DNA of 64,000 nucleotides, taken from positions 224,001 to 288,000 of the forward strand of contig CAVRUC010000013.1 in the NCBI GenBank assembly GCA_963724295.1. The letters run 5' to 3'. Position 1 is the stretch's first letter. The number at the start of each line of letters is the position of its first letter. The position numbers were made by a program, and so were the translations under genes. This DNA is from an uncultured Chloroflexia bacterium (lineage in GTDB: Bacteria; Chloroflexota; Chloroflexia; Thermomicrobiales; UBA6265). The notes beneath the pieces are model-generated. The model searched no databases and was not told the origin of the DNA. It worked only from the letters and a program-made list of their open reading frames with translations. Below, piece after piece: positions 11,460 through 22,083 of the stretch.

Positions 11460-14093
11460 ATGTCACCTCGTTCCGAACGACCGTCGCCATCTGTGGCGAC
11501 GGATGCCGCCCAAGGGGCTCCTGTCACGGACAGCCCGCAAACGACCGGGCCCGCGACCAAGCCTCGCGCCACTCGTGGCGGTCGTACCAAGAAAGGGGCC
11601 TCGCGGAAACCGCCATATGTGCTCCTGCCGGTTCTGGTTGTCGATGAGACGCTGCTTTTGCCGCACATGTCGATTCCGTTCCCGATCGAGGACGAAGAAG
11701 CGGCCAGAGTTGTCGAGCGCGCCTCTCGTGGCGAACACCGGCACGTCCTGGTGCTGACTGAACGCCCGATTCTTCCCGAATCCGAAACCGGCTCACCGAA
11801 TGGCGTCGCCGACGAGGAGAGTGAGCTGCGAGCCTTGCTGGCCGACGCCATCAGCGAAGTGGCCGCGCACAGCGGAATCGATGGTGATCCCGAGTGGATC
11901 CCCGATCCGGAACCCGAGCCGCAGGAATACGAGCTTTGTGGCGTCGGCGTCATCGCCGAGATCGCGCAGTTCCGGCCGAGCGGCAGCCGCCACGTCGTCC
12001 TGCAGGGGCTCGCCCGCGGCATCGTCACCGAGCTGGTGCAGCAGGATCCGTATCTCGTCGCGCGCGTCGTCCGCCAGGATGATCCGGTCGATTCGACCGC
12101 GGAAGCGGAAGCGGCCATGACCGCGGTGATGGAGCAGGTCGAGAACTACATCAGCATGCTTCCCAACGTCCCGGAAGAGGTGCTGACGATGGTGCGCGGG
12201 GTCGAAGAGCCGGGCTGGCTGGCCGACCTGATCGCCTTCTCGCCGGAGTTCACATCGGACCAGCGTCAGGATCTGCTGGAGATCCTCGATCCGATCGAGC
12301 GTCTCCGCCGGCTGAGCGTCCTCATCCAGAAGCGCCTGGACGTGCTCAACCTGCGGCAGCAAATTCAGACCGAAGCGCAAGCCGGTATGGACAAGCAGCA
12401 GCGCGAGTACTACCTGCGCGAGCAGCTCCGCGCCATCCAGAAGGAGCTGGGCGAGTCCGGCACTGAGGCAGCGGTGGCAAGTGAGCTGCGCGAGAAGATC
12501 GACGCCGCCGGCATGCCGGAGGAGGTCAAGGCCAAAGCGCTCGTCCAGGTCGAGCGGCTGGAGCAACAGCATCCGTTCTCGCCCGAGATCGGGGTCATCC
12601 GAGGCTACCTGGATTGGTTGATTGAACTCCCCTGGGCCGTCGAGACGGAGGACCGGCTCGACCTCACCGAGGCGGCTCGCGTCCTGAGCGAGGATCACTA
12701 CGGTCTGGAAAAGGTCAAGGAGCGCATTCTCGAGTTCATCGCCGTGCGCAAGCTAGCGGGGGATCGCCTGCGAGCGCCGATCCTCTGCTTCGTCGGGCCT
12801 CCGGGCGTCGGCAAGACCAGCCTCGGGCGATCGATCGCCCGGGCCATCGACCGCAACTACGTCCGCATGTCGCTCGGCGGCGTGCGCGATGAAGCAGAGA
12901 TTCGCGGGCACCGGCGGACCTACGTCGGTGCCATGCCGGGTCGCGTTATCAAGGCCCTGAAAGACGCGAAGAGCCGCAATCCAGTGATGGTGCTGGACGA
13001 GATCGACAAGGTCGGCTCGGACGCATTTCGCGGCGATCCCTCGTCGGCGCTGCTCGAGGTGCTCGACCCGGAACAGAACACGACCTTCTCCGACCACTAC
13101 CTGGAGGTGCCGTTCGACCTCTCGAAGGTCATCTTCATCACCACCGCCAACCTGCTCGAGCCGATCCCACCCGCTCTGCGCGACCGGATGGAGATCATCG
13201 AGGTGTCAGGGTACACAGAGGTCGAAAAGATGGCGATCGGGCGGCAGTTCTTGCTGCCCAAGACGCTGGAGACACATGGTCTGGCCCCGGAGCAGTTGAC
13301 CATCACCGACGATGCGCTGCGCCGGCTCATCCGCGAGTACACGGAGGAGTCAGGAGTTCGCAATCTCGAGCGCGAGATCGGTTCACTCTGCCGCAAGGTG
13401 GCCCGCATTCTTGCGGGTGATGCTCCGCCACCGGAGATCGTGGTCGACGCCCCGCAGGTGAGCGACTACCTGGGAGTACCGAAGTACGACTACGGTCTTG
13501 CCGAGGAACAGGATGAGGTCGGCGTCGCGACCGGCGCCGCGGTGACAAGCGTCGGCGGCGATCTGCTCGGCATCGAGGTGCTGATCATGCCGGGCAAGGG
13601 GGATCTCATCCTCACCGGGCAACTTGGTGATGTCATGCAGGAGTCCGCGCGCGCCGCGCTCTCGTACGCCCGCGCTCGTACGAGTGATTACGGGTTGGCG
13701 CCGGACTTTTTCGACCGGCACAACATCCACGTCCACGTGCCCGCGGGCGCCATCCCGAAGGATGGTCCCTCCGCCGGGATCACGATGGCGACCGCGCTGA
13801 TCTCGGCCCTCACCGGCCGTCAGGTGCGTAAGGACGTAGCGATGACCGGCGAGATCACCCTCCGCGGCAAAGTCCTCCCCATCGGGGGGTTGCGCGAGAA
13901 GACCGTGGCTGCCCACCGGGGAGGCATCAAGACCTTCATTCTGCCGCGCCGCAACGCCAAGGACCTGGCCGAGCTACCCGGCGTCGTACGCGACGGAATG
14001 GAACTGATCCAGGTCGATTCCCTGGAGCAGGTCCTGGCCGCCGCGCTGCTGCCGAAGGCGCAGACCGGCCCGGTGCCAGTGCAAGTCGCCTGA
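11460..14093 (+). CDS. lon: ATP-dependent Lon protease (endopeptidase La)
   Basis: N-domain, Walker A GPPGVGKTS, RGHRRTYVGAMPG, VLDEIDK, catalytic PKDGPSAG and downstream Lys. Confidence 0.97.
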   Translation: MSPRSERPSPSVATDAAQGAPVTDSPQTTGPATKPRATRGGRTKKGASRKPPYVLLPVLVVDETLLLPHMSIPFPIEDEEAARVVERASRGEHRHVLVLTERPILPESETGSPNGVADEESELRALLADAISEVAAHSGIDGDPEWIPDPEPEPQEYELCGVGVIAEIAQFRPSGSRHVVLQGLARGIVTELVQQDPYLVARVVRQDDPVDSTAEAEAAMTAVMEQVENYISMLPNVPEEVLTMVRGVEEPGWLADLIAFSPEFTSDQRQDLLEILDPIERLRRLSVLIQKRLDVLNLRQQIQTEAQAGMDKQQREYYLREQLRAIQKELGESGTEAAVASELREKIDAAGMPEEVKAKALVQVERLEQQHPFSPEIGVIRGYLDWLIELPWAVETEDRLDLTEAARVLSEDHYGLEKVKERILEFIAVRKLAGDRLRAPILCFVGPPGVGKTSLGRSIARAIDRNYVRMSLGGVRDEAEIRGHRRTYVGAMPGRVIKALKDAKSRNPVMVLDEIDKVGSDAFRGDPSSALLEVLDPEQNTTFSDHYLEVPFDLSKVIFITTANLLEPIPPALRDRMEIIEVSGYTEVEKMAIGRQFLLPKTLETHGLAPEQLTITDDALRRLIREYTEESGVRNLEREIGSLCRKVARILAGDAPPPEIVVDAPQVSDYLGVPKYDYGLAEEQDEVGVATGAAVTSVGGDLLGIEVLIMPGKGDLILTGQLGDVMQESARAALSYARARTSDYGLAPDFFDRHNIHVHVPAGAIPKDGPSAGITMATALISALTGRQVRKDVAMTGEITLRGKVLPIGGLREKTVAAHRGGIKTFILPRRNAKDLAELPGVVRDGMELIQVDSLEQVLAAALLPKAQTGPVPVQVA

Positions 14094-14096
14094 CGA

Positions 14097-14235
14097 GGGT
14101 GATGGGTGGCAGGGTGGCAGGGAGAGCGATTCGACCCCGCCACCCTGCCACCCGGCGTAGCGGTCCACCCTGCCACCGTGAGTGCAGCGAACAATCACCG
14201 CGAGCGCAGCGAACAATCACCCTATCACCCCCGCT
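14097..14235. repeat. Inverted/tandem short-repeat cluster between convergent genes
   Basis: GGGTGGCA units inverted against TGCCACCC units; direct repeat GCAGCGAACAATCACC x2. Confidence 0.75.
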
Positions 14236-15436
14236 CACCCCTGAGCCTGGCAGCCGTCCCTACGGCCGTACCCGATCCGAGTAGGGTCCACCACAGCCCG
14301 GCGGCCGCGATCAGGCCGATCGTGGCGAAGATGAGCCACGGCAGCGCGGGGATCCCGAGACTTCTGCCCAGGTCATAGAGGAGCCCTCCGGCGAAGCTGC
14401 CGAGTCCGCCACCGAAGGCGACCGCCAGGGCGGCGACGCCGAAATACGACCCCAATGCAACCGGGTTCGCCATTCCGGCTGCCACCGTCTGTTCGCTCGG
14501 TCGCGCTAGGACGATTCCCAGCGAATAGACGACCACGGCCAGGAGCAGGCTGATCGTGTCCCGCGCGAAGCCGATCAGCAGCAGTCCCGCCGCCGTGGCC
14601 AGCACGCCGGCGATCAGCGCGCGCGGAGCACCGAGCCGGCGTTCGGCCAGGCGCGGCATCGGATACCCGAGGACGACCGCAATGATGGAGTTGACGGCGT
14701 AGACCCAGGCCACTGCGCTCGGGTTGCCGGCGATAGCCATCGCTACCAGCGGCAGGGTGATTGAGAACTGGGCGGCCATGAATTGATGTCCGCCCATGAA
14801 GCCGGTGTAGGTGAGGAATGGCCGGTCGCGGAAGGCGAGTTTCAGACCGCGGAATGGGCCACCTTTTTCCGCCACCTGCACAGCCGGCAGCCAGAGGAGA
14901 ATCACGACGAAGATCAGCACGTACATCGTCGCGCTGACTAACGCGACGAGACGGAAATCAACGCCGAGTAGCAGCGCTCCGAGCTGTGTACCGGCGGTGA
15001 TGCCGAGTCCTCCCACGACGCCGGTCTTGGCGAAGTAGCTCGAGCGCTCGCTCTCCTCGGTGAGCGCCGCGACCGCGGCCGATCGCGGTGATTCGAAGAG
15101 CGCGCCACCGACGGCCGAGACGATCGCCGCGCCCATCAAGATCGCGTAGGTCCCGGCGAAGGCCATCGCCGCGAAGCCGGCGGCGCGCACGAGCATGCCG
15201 ATGGCGATGAGCGGTTTGGCTCCGATGCGGTCGGCGAGCACTCCGCTGAATGGCGTCAGCCCTTGTTGGAAAAACTGCCGCGCCGCCAGTACCAACCCGA
15301 CGGCGCCGGCCGCCCAGCCGAGTCCGTCGACGTAATGGACGGAGATCATGGGGATGATCATGAAGAAGCCCGCCCAGGCAAAGAACGTGGAGACGAGAAG
15401 CACGAGGAGGCCGCGGCGCTTTGCTGCGGCAGTCAT
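14225..15436 (-). CDS. MFS transporter (MdtH-like multidrug efflux)
   Basis: ~12 TM segments, SGVLADRIGAKP motif A; ATG start chosen at 15436. Confidence 0.88.
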   Translation of the reverse strand: MTAAAKRRGLLVLLVSTFFAWAGFFMIIPMISVHYVDGLGWAAGAVGLVLAARQFFQQGLTPFSGVLADRIGAKPLIAIGMLVRAAGFAAMAFAGTYAILMGAAIVSAVGGALFESPRSAAVAALTEESERSSYFAKTGVVGGLGITAGTQLGALLLGVDFRLVALVSATMYVLIFVVILLWLPAVQVAEKGGPFRGLKLAFRDRPFLTYTGFMGGHQFMAAQFSITLPLVAMAIAGNPSAVAWVYAVNSIIAVVLGYPMPRLAERRLGAPRALIAGVLATAAGLLLIGFARDTISLLLAVVVYSLGIVLARPSEQTVAAGMANPVALGSYFGVAALAVAFGGGLGSFAGGLLYDLGRSLGIPALPWLIFATIGLIAAAGLWWTLLGSGTAVGTAARLRGERG

Positions 15437-15442
15437 TGCGAG

Positions 15443-15572
15443 AGACGGCAAGACGGCAAGACGGCAAGACGGCCAGGAACGACATGCTCGTCACGCCTAC
15501 AAGGTGCCCGCCCAGCACTGCTCACGACCCACGACTCACCTTGCCGTCTGGCCATCTATCCGTATTGCCGTC
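15443..15572. repeat. Octamer repeat (AGACGGCA)x4 with inverted TTGCCGTCT copies
   Basis: AGACGGC at 15443, 15451, 15459, 15467; complementary units at 15541-15572. Confidence 0.8.
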
Positions 15573-16589
15573 TGACGACGGTGTCCAACCCTCGACCGCC
15601 TCCATCGCCAGGCGCAGCATCATCGTCAGCCGATCGACGTCGCGCTCGCCCGGATCACGTCCCAGCGGGCGTTGCTCGGGTGACCCGCCGTCAGACCGCA
15701 AGACTCCCGAGAATTCGATGCCGCCGGTCTCCGGGGCAACTGCCATCACCGAGCGCCGCACCGCGCCGCTCCCCCAGGAGAGAACCAGCGCCGAACCATT
15801 CCGGCCGCGCTGGATTGCGGCTTCGACCGGGCTGGACCAGCCGCTCGCGACGCGGGTGGCCGCCTCCCGGAGGGTCTGCTCGACGGCAGTTGATCCAGCA
15901 ACAGCGTTTGCCGGCGGCCGCGACGTCGTCGGAATGCGCCCTGATCGGGATGATCCGCCGGTGAGTCGCGCCACGCGCGCACGCATCGCGGGACTCTTCC
16001 AGGCCCAGAAGAGCGCAGCCAGGACTGTGATGTGGATGACGAGGATCACCAAGCTGAGCGCCGGCACACCGCCTTGGTACATCTGCGTCCAGTCACCGTT
16101 GAGCCCCGAATCCCCCGAGACGAGGTCCAGCAATGGATAGACCACCAGCGCGTTGAGCAGCGAAATCCAGGTGAACTGGATAAGCAACTGGTTGATGGCG
16201 GCGCGAAACGGCGGCCGTTTCAGGAAGACGAGAACGACCGCGATCGCTGCCAGAAGGAGATTCACCAGCGTGCCGGCGGCCGCGATCACGATCTGCTGGG
16301 CATCCGTGAAATCGCGTGGATCGAAGGCGACGTAGCCGGCAAATCCGTAGAAGCCCCAGTCCAGAACCTCGCCCCCAAAGAGACGGATCGCAACAGCGTG
16401 ACCGAATTCGTGCAGCGCCACCGAGATGGGGAGTAGCACGAAGAATGCCGCCTGATCGACGAGCATGCGGTCTTCATGAGTAAACGTGCGGTCGAATGTC
16501 TGCCGAAAGTTGCGGGCGAGCTGATAGATCACCCGTACACCGAGGATGACATAAAAGAGGCTTATCAGCGCGAACGGGCCGAGACTCAT
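15522..16589 (-). CDS. Membrane zinc metalloprotease, site-2/M50-like
   Basis: HEFGH in a TM segment, IAAAGTLVN, degenerate N..P...DG-like region. Confidence 0.75.
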   Translation of the reverse strand: MSLGPFALISLFYVILGVRVIYQLARNFRQTFDRTFTHEDRMLVDQAAFFVLLPISVALHEFGHAVAIRLFGGEVLDWGFYGFAGYVAFDPRDFTDAQQIVIAAAGTLVNLLLAAIAVVLVFLKRPPFRAAINQLLIQFTWISLLNALVVYPLLDLVSGDSGLNGDWTQMYQGGVPALSLVILVIHITVLAALFWAWKSPAMRARVARLTGGSSRSGRIPTTSRPPANAVAGSTAVEQTLREAATRVASGWSSPVEAAIQRGRNGSALVLSWGSGAVRRSVMAVAPETGGIEFSGVLRSDGGSPEQRPLGRDPGERDVDRLTMMLRLAMEAVEGWTPSSDGNTDRWPDGKVSRGS

Positions 16590-16667
16590 GCCGAATCTCC
16601 AAGAAGGTGGGCTGTCATGCCGGGAAGTCTGGCACAGGCCATCGGGTCGTGCCGGAAACGCCCACGA

Positions 16668-18017
16668 TCAGGCTGGGACAGGCTGCTCCTCATTCCTGCG
16701 CTCGATCCGCATGAGGCGGCCCCCGAGCGCGAGGGCAACGACCGCGACGACGGCGCCGCCGACCGCCACCGCCACTGGAGCGCCCCAGAGGCCACTCAGA
16801 AGCCCTGCCAACGCCGCGCCAATCGGGGTCGAACCGGCGAAGACAGTCAGGTAGATGCTCATCACGCGGCCGCGCAGCCAGTCCGGCGTGTTCGTCTGAA
16901 CGGTAGTATTCGCCAGGGCCATCGTCGTACTCATCGCGAACCCGATCCCCGCCATCAGAACCATTGCCAGGACGGCGGTCAATCCCAGGCCAGCAACCAC
17001 ACCCAGCGCGATTTCCAGGGCACCAAACAGCAGCGCCATGCTGAGCATCACCCGAGGCGAGGGGCGGCGTCCGGTGAAGGCCAGTGTCAGCGCGCCGGCT
17101 AGCGAGCCGACGCCGAGGGACGACATCAGCAGCCCAAAGCCGCTCGCGCCGATATGGAGCGCATCACGCGCCAGGAGGGGCGCCCAGACACCGAAGTTCA
17201 TGCCGAAAATGGCCATCAATCCGGCGAGGATGATCGGCACGCGAACCACCGGCGACGTGCGCACATAGGCAAGACCCTCACGCAACCGCTCGGCAGGTGA
17301 GCCGACCTCGCTACCCCGCTTTGGCCTCCCCTGGGTCCGCATCACGCCGAGTCCGGCAATGACCGGGATGTAGGAGACCGCGTTGAGGACAAAGCAGATC
17401 TGGGGACCAAAGGCGGCGAGCAAGAGCCCGGCCAGTGCCGGCCCCGCAACCCGCGTCGTGTTGAACAATGCAGAGTTGAGCGCGATGGCGTTCATCAGGT
17501 CGTCTTCGCCAACCAGATCAACCACGAAGGCCTGACGCGCCGGCATATCGACGGCGGAGACGATGCCGAGCGCGATGGCCGCCGCATAGATCTGCCAGAG
17601 CTCCACCCGACCCGTGGCTACGAGAAGGGCAAGCACTCCGATAATCGCCGCCGCCGCGATCTGCGTGATCATCAGCAGGCGGCGTTTCGGCAGGCGATCG
17701 ACCAGGACGCCGGCGGGTAAGCCGAGGATCAGCGTAGGACCGAACTGACAGACGCCGATCAGCCCGAGCGCCGCCGGAGAATTGGTCAGGGTCAGCACCA
17801 GCCAACTCTGGGCCAGACTTTGCACCCAGTTTCCCGTCAGCGAGAAGAGCTGGGCGAACCAGAAGAGCCGGTAATCGCGATGGCCGAAGGCACGCAACCC
17901 CTCCGGCAGCGAGCGATCGGCGTGAGGAAGATCGACCGACGCCTCAGACGGCGAACGAGAGCTCTCAGTTTCCGGCGAAGCGTGCGCTTGCGCGGCCGGT
18001 GTCTGCATTCGGCCCAT
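16668..18017 (-). CDS. MFS transporter (MFS_3-like)
   Basis: AFGHRDYRLFW, GVLVDRLPKRR, LRGRVMS motifs; 12 TM. Confidence 0.9.
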   Translation of the reverse strand: MGRMQTPAAQAHASPETESSRSPSEASVDLPHADRSLPEGLRAFGHRDYRLFWFAQLFSLTGNWVQSLAQSWLVLTLTNSPAALGLIGVCQFGPTLILGLPAGVLVDRLPKRRLLMITQIAAAAIIGVLALLVATGRVELWQIYAAAIALGIVSAVDMPARQAFVVDLVGEDDLMNAIALNSALFNTTRVAGPALAGLLLAAFGPQICFVLNAVSYIPVIAGLGVMRTQGRPKRGSEVGSPAERLREGLAYVRTSPVVRVPIILAGLMAIFGMNFGVWAPLLARDALHIGASGFGLLMSSLGVGSLAGALTLAFTGRRPSPRVMLSMALLFGALEIALGVVAGLGLTAVLAMVLMAGIGFAMSTTMALANTTVQTNTPDWLRGRVMSIYLTVFAGSTPIGAALAGLLSGLWGAPVAVAVGGAVVAVVALALGGRLMRIERRNEEQPVPA

Positions 18018-18065
18018 TGTCGCAGGCCACGCAGACGCCGTGCCGCCTGAAGCTGCATGTGAAGG

Positions 18066-19013
18066 CTATGCCGGTTGCGCCACCGTCAAGATGAGCTGCG
18101 GCGGGACACCGCTCTCCATCGAGTAAATGATGCCGGTGGCTTCAGGTTGTCCAGGCATGGCGAACGTGATCGAGCCGTCTGCGGAGACCGAGCCCGTGAC
18201 GTCGACGGCCGTCAGCCCACCGGGCTCCACGGCTTCGAACCAGGACGGCACGCCATGAACGTTGAGCGCGCTGCCTCCATCGGGCACCTCATTGGCCGTC
18301 AGCCCGTCCGACACGACGTAGTCGTAAATGACGCCCACGCTCCCGCCCGGCGCACCCGCTTCGCCAGCACCGGTAAATGTCAGCAGCGCGCTGAGAACCT
18401 CGCCCTCGCCAATGCCGGTGACATCAAAGCTGATCAGCGACACGGCCCCTTGTGGTCCGCCGATAGCAAGGAGAGCCGCACTCTCAGGCGACTGCGACCC
18501 GTCCGGCTCGGCGGCAAAGACGGTCGTGTCAGCCACCGCGTCGAAGGCGACCTCGCTGGTCGTACCGATGGCGCCGGCCACGGCTGGATCGACACCCGGC
18601 AGACCGGGCACAGATGGAGGCAACATGACGTCACCCGGCGCGAGCGGCTCGCCTGGGCCGCTCGTCGCCGGAGCGTCCTCTGTTGTCTCGCGCGGAACGC
18701 CGTTGACTGTTCCGTCCGCTCCAGTCGCACCGGCGGTGGCGTCCTCGGCGTCTTGTTGCCTCAATGCGATCGGCGCCAGATCATGGATCGGTTCCACGAT
18801 CAGGTTGGACTCGCCGCTGGCCTCATCGTGAGCGCCTGCGGCGATGGAGTCGGTACCCGGGCTTACGGCGGCCACGTCAGGAACCAGGCTGGCCGTCGAT
18901 GTCAGAACGAGGGCCAAGGCGGCAAGAGATCTCAAGAGTGCGGCGCCGTGTCTTACTGACCGCGTATCTGCCGCTGACGGTTCGTGATGTCGCCGCATAC
19001 CCCTCGTCTCCAT
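18066..19013 (-). CDS. Exported protein with C-terminal DNRLRE/CBM96-like domain
   Basis: Signal-like hydrophobic stretch; FDAVADTTV..LISFDV..DVT..SMES..PQL pattern; start uncertain (19013 or 18998). Confidence 0.6.
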   Translation of the reverse strand: METRGMRRHHEPSAADTRSVRHGAALLRSLAALALVLTSTASLVPDVAAVSPGTDSIAAGAHDEASGESNLIVEPIHDLAPIALRQQDAEDATAGATGADGTVNGVPRETTEDAPATSGPGEPLAPGDVMLPPSVPGLPGVDPAVAGAIGTTSEVAFDAVADTTVFAAEPDGSQSPESAALLAIGGPQGAVSLISFDVTGIGEGEVLSALLTFTGAGEAGAPGGSVGVIYDYVVSDGLTANEVPDGGSALNVHGVPSWFEAVEPGGLTAVDVTGSVSADGSITFAMPGQPEATGIIYSMESGVPPQLILTVAQPA

Positions 19014-19054
19014 GAAAATGCACGCCAGCCAGCGCGCTGCCAGGGCACTTTCCC

Positions 19055-19082
19055 AAACGCGCCAACACTGCCCGCCGTTCCG
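19055..19082 (-). promoter_or_regulatory. Putative ECF-sigma promoter CGGAAC-N17-CGTTT
   Basis: Matches the motif at three other exported-protein genes; about 40 nt upstream of the 19013 start. Confidence 0.55.
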
Positions 19083-19233
19083 CCAATCACCCGTCAGCCT
19101 ATCACCCCTCGCAACACAAGTACGGCTATTGCGGCACAATGAGCTACGACACGCTGCACGGGGCAGATGGCCTGCGAGTCCCGCACTTCAGGGAAACCGT
19201 GCCAGCGACCATGATGAGGAGAGAAAGCACACG

Positions 19234-20181
19234 ATGCATTCACGAATCGTGGCGATTGCCGGAACGGTGGCGATCGCATTGCTTGGGTCGGCTGGGGCCA
19301 TGGCGCAGGACGCCACGCCTGAGGCTTCGCCTGGTGGAGAGAGTTTCTTTACCGACCTGGGCTTGCCCGAGCTGACAGTGACCGCGACCAACGAGGGCTT
19401 CGAGCTCTCTGAGTCCGAGGTCGAGGCCGGGCGCTATTTGGTCAACTTCGCCAACGAGAGTGACAACCCTGACGCTGCGGCCGGATTTGTGCGGCTGATC
19501 GAAGGGACAACGCTTGATGATCTCTCATTCGCCGATGAGCTGGCAGCCGGCACGCCCATGCCTGAGGGCCAGCCGGATCCGCAAACATTCGCCTGGATCT
19601 ACGACACGTACATCGCTGGCGGCGTGACTTCAGCCAGCGATCAAGCTGTCATCGATCTGCGCGGGGGCGAATACGGCGTGTGGGCTGATGACCCGACGTC
19701 TCCGCTCCCGCCCGCTCCGCTGACCGTCACCGGTGATCCCGACGCTCGGATCGAAGGTCCGGAGCCGGAGGCCGCGGTGACGATCGTCGAGGAGGGAGCC
19801 GGCGGCGAAGGCTTCAGGTTCACGGTCACCGGCGAAGCGACGGCTGGACCGCAGATCGTGAAGATCCTCAACGCCAGCGATCAGCCGCACTTCGTCATTG
19901 GATTTGCCTATCCAGAAGAGATCACCATCGAACAGGCGATGGAATTCATCATGTTCGATCCGTCGTCGGGCGCCACGCCGAGCCCGAACATGCTCGACGA
20001 GACACTGCTTACGTTCCCCATGTACGCACCGGTCCAATCGGTGGGCACGACGCAGTGGGTCGAGCTGAACGCGGAGCCTGGCTCGGTGATCCTCGTCTGC
20101 TTCGTTCCTGATCCCGTAGCGGACGGCATTCCGCACGCCTTTGAAGGGATGGTCAGCCTCCTGCCAGTGGCGGAGGGCTAG
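19234..20181 (+). CDS. Exported protein with cupredoxin-like C-terminus
   Basis: RBS GAGGAG; signal peptide then QDATPEASP; QPH...LVCFVPDP..GIPHAFEGM His/Cys/His/Met pattern. Confidence 0.7.
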   Translation: MHSRIVAIAGTVAIALLGSAGAMAQDATPEASPGGESFFTDLGLPELTVTATNEGFELSESEVEAGRYLVNFANESDNPDAAAGFVRLIEGTTLDDLSFADELAAGTPMPEGQPDPQTFAWIYDTYIAGGVTSASDQAVIDLRGGEYGVWADDPTSPLPPAPLTVTGDPDARIEGPEPEAAVTIVEEGAGGEGFRFTVTGEATAGPQIVKILNASDQPHFVIGFAYPEEITIEQAMEFIMFDPSSGATPSPNMLDETLLTFPMYAPVQSVGTTQWVELNAEPGSVILVCFVPDPVADGIPHAFEGMVSLLPVAEG

Positions 20182-20227
20182 AGCGAAGTCGGCAAGGCCG
20201 TACGACTCGTTGTGAGTCGCACGTCGT

Positions 20228-20270
20228 GAGTGGGAACGGGCGAAGTAAGCTTCGTCCGTTCCCGTCACTC
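20228..20270. terminator. Hairpin, probable terminator
   Basis: GGGAACGGGCGAAG-TAAG-CTTCGTCCGTTCCC after the 20181 stop; no U tract. Confidence 0.5.
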
Positions 20271-20292
20271 CGTCACCCCGTAGACTATCCTC

Positions 20293-20943
20293 ATGGATCT
20301 CCTCGCTCAGACTTGGGCCTACGCCGCTGAGAACGCCGGCCGCGTCCAGCAGGCCGTGCTGACGCACCTGCTGTTGAGTTTCGGTGCGCTCGCCATCGCC
20401 ATCCTCATTTTCATCCCCCTGGGGGTGCTGGTATCAAGGGGTGGCAAGCTCACCTCGACCATCGTCGGTGCGGTTGCCGCCGTGCGCGTCATCCCCAGTC
20501 TGGCCGTGATCCTCCTCCTGTTGCCGATCTTCGGACTCGGCTGGCGGCCTGCCCTCATAGCGTTGACGCTCCTGGCGGGACCACCTCTCGTGATCAACAC
20601 CGACATCGGACTGCGCGGCGTCGATCCGGCCACCCTCGAGGCCGCGACCGGTCTGGGCATGACCGGAGGGCAGCGGTTCTGGCGCGTGGAAGTCCCCCTG
20701 GCGCTCCCGGTGATCGTCACCGGCGTCCGCTCGGCGGCGATTGAAGTCATCGGCAGCGCGACTCTGGCCGCCTTTGTCGGCGCGGGGGGGTTGGGTGCGT
20801 TCATTACCTCGGGGATCACGCTAATGGACGAGCGGATGTTGCTGACTGGCGCCTTGCTGGTGACACTGCTGGCCCTGCTGACGGAGTGGACTCTGGCGCG
20901 GCTGGAACTTCGCATCACTCCGCCTGGCATAGGGAAGGCGTGA
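20293..20943 (+). CDS. Osmoprotectant (glycine betaine/choline) ABC transporter permease
   Basis: IPSLA, EAATGLGMT (EAA motif), GAGGLG. Confidence 0.9.
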   Translation: MDLLAQTWAYAAENAGRVQQAVLTHLLLSFGALAIAILIFIPLGVLVSRGGKLTSTIVGAVAAVRVIPSLAVILLLLPIFGLGWRPALIALTLLAGPPLVINTDIGLRGVDPATLEAATGLGMTGGQRFWRVEVPLALPVIVTGVRSAAIEVIGSATLAAFVGAGGLGAFITSGITLMDERMLLTGALLVTLLALLTEWTLARLELRITPPGIGKA

Positions 20944-21095
20944 ACGTCCACCACCCGATCGACACACGTGGCGCATGTTGGTGACACCTTGACGGAAAAT
21001 CCACGATCTCACGCGGGCCTGTTTCCCCGTGTTCTACACTTGCGCGGCCGTTATTGTCGTTCTCGCGCCCTTGGCGCAACCGGAAGAGGGAAAAC

Positions 21096-22082
21096 ATGAA
21101 GATCACCCGCCGGAAACTCACGAAGAGCTTGGTTGCAACCCCGGTAGTTGCCGCGGCGCTGCAAGTACAGGCGCAGGGCAGCTCGTGGCCGGTGGCCAGC
21201 GCTCAGGAAGGACCCGTGCGCATTGGCTCGAAGGACTTCACTGAGCAGCTCATCCTGGGCGAGATGTACGCGCTGCTCCTCGAGAACGCGGGCATCGCGA
21301 CCGAGAAGCAACTCAACCTCGGCGGCACGCAGGTTGCCCAGGAGGCGCTCCTCGCCGGCGAGATCGATCTCTATCCGGAGTACACCGGCACCGGTCTGAC
21401 TGTCGTCCTCGGCATCCCGATCGAGTCCGTCACGGAAGGCACGCCGGTCGCCGGCGCTGCCACGCCCGCTGACCAGGTCGTGAGCATAGACCAGCAGGTC
21501 TATGACATCGTCTCTGAGGAGTACCTGGAGCAGTTCGACCTCGTCTGGCTCGACGAGTCGGCCTTCAACAATACCCAGGCGCTGGCCGTGAAGCGCGCCT
21601 TTGCCGAAGAGCGAGGGATCTCCACCATCAGCGAGCTCGCGGAGATCGCCGGTGAGTTGACCATCGTCGCCCCGTCCGACTTCGTCGAGCGGCCGGATGG
21701 CCTGCAGGGGCTCCAGGATTTCTACGAACTAGAGTTCGGAGATGTCCTCAGCGTTGCGCCGGGCATCCGCTACCAGGCGCTGGAGGAAGACCAGGCCCAG
21801 GTCGTGCTCGCCTTCGGCACCGACGGGCAGGTTGCCGGTCTCGATCTCGTGCTGCTCGAGGACGACAAGGGTCTCTGGCCGCCCTATCACGTGGCGCCGG
21901 TCGTCCGCAACGACACGCTGACGGCCAACCCGGGGATCGCCGATGCGCTGAACCCGATCGCGCCGCTGTTGACCGACCAGGTCATGTCGGCGCTGAACTG
22001 GCAGGTCGATGGTCCGGACAAGCTGGAGCCGGCCGACGTCGCCCGCGCCTTCCTCGAGGAGCAGGGGCTGCTCGGGAGCTGA
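21096..22082 (+). CDS. Osmoprotectant ABC substrate-binding protein (OpuBC/OsmF-like), Tat-like signal
   Basis: ITRRKL; IGSKDFTEQ, YPEYTGT, FNNTQAL, FVERPDG, WPPY. Confidence 0.92.
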   Translation: MKITRRKLTKSLVATPVVAAALQVQAQGSSWPVASAQEGPVRIGSKDFTEQLILGEMYALLLENAGIATEKQLNLGGTQVAQEALLAGEIDLYPEYTGTGLTVVLGIPIESVTEGTPVAGAATPADQVVSIDQQVYDIVSEEYLEQFDLVWLDESAFNNTQALAVKRAFAEERGISTISELAEIAGELTIVAPSDFVERPDGLQGLQDFYELEFGDVLSVAPGIRYQALEEDQAQVVLAFGTDGQVAGLDLVLLEDDKGLWPPYHVAPVVRNDTLTANPGIADALNPIAPLLTDQVMSALNWQVDGPDKLEPADVARAFLEEQGLLGS

Positions 22083-22083
22083 G

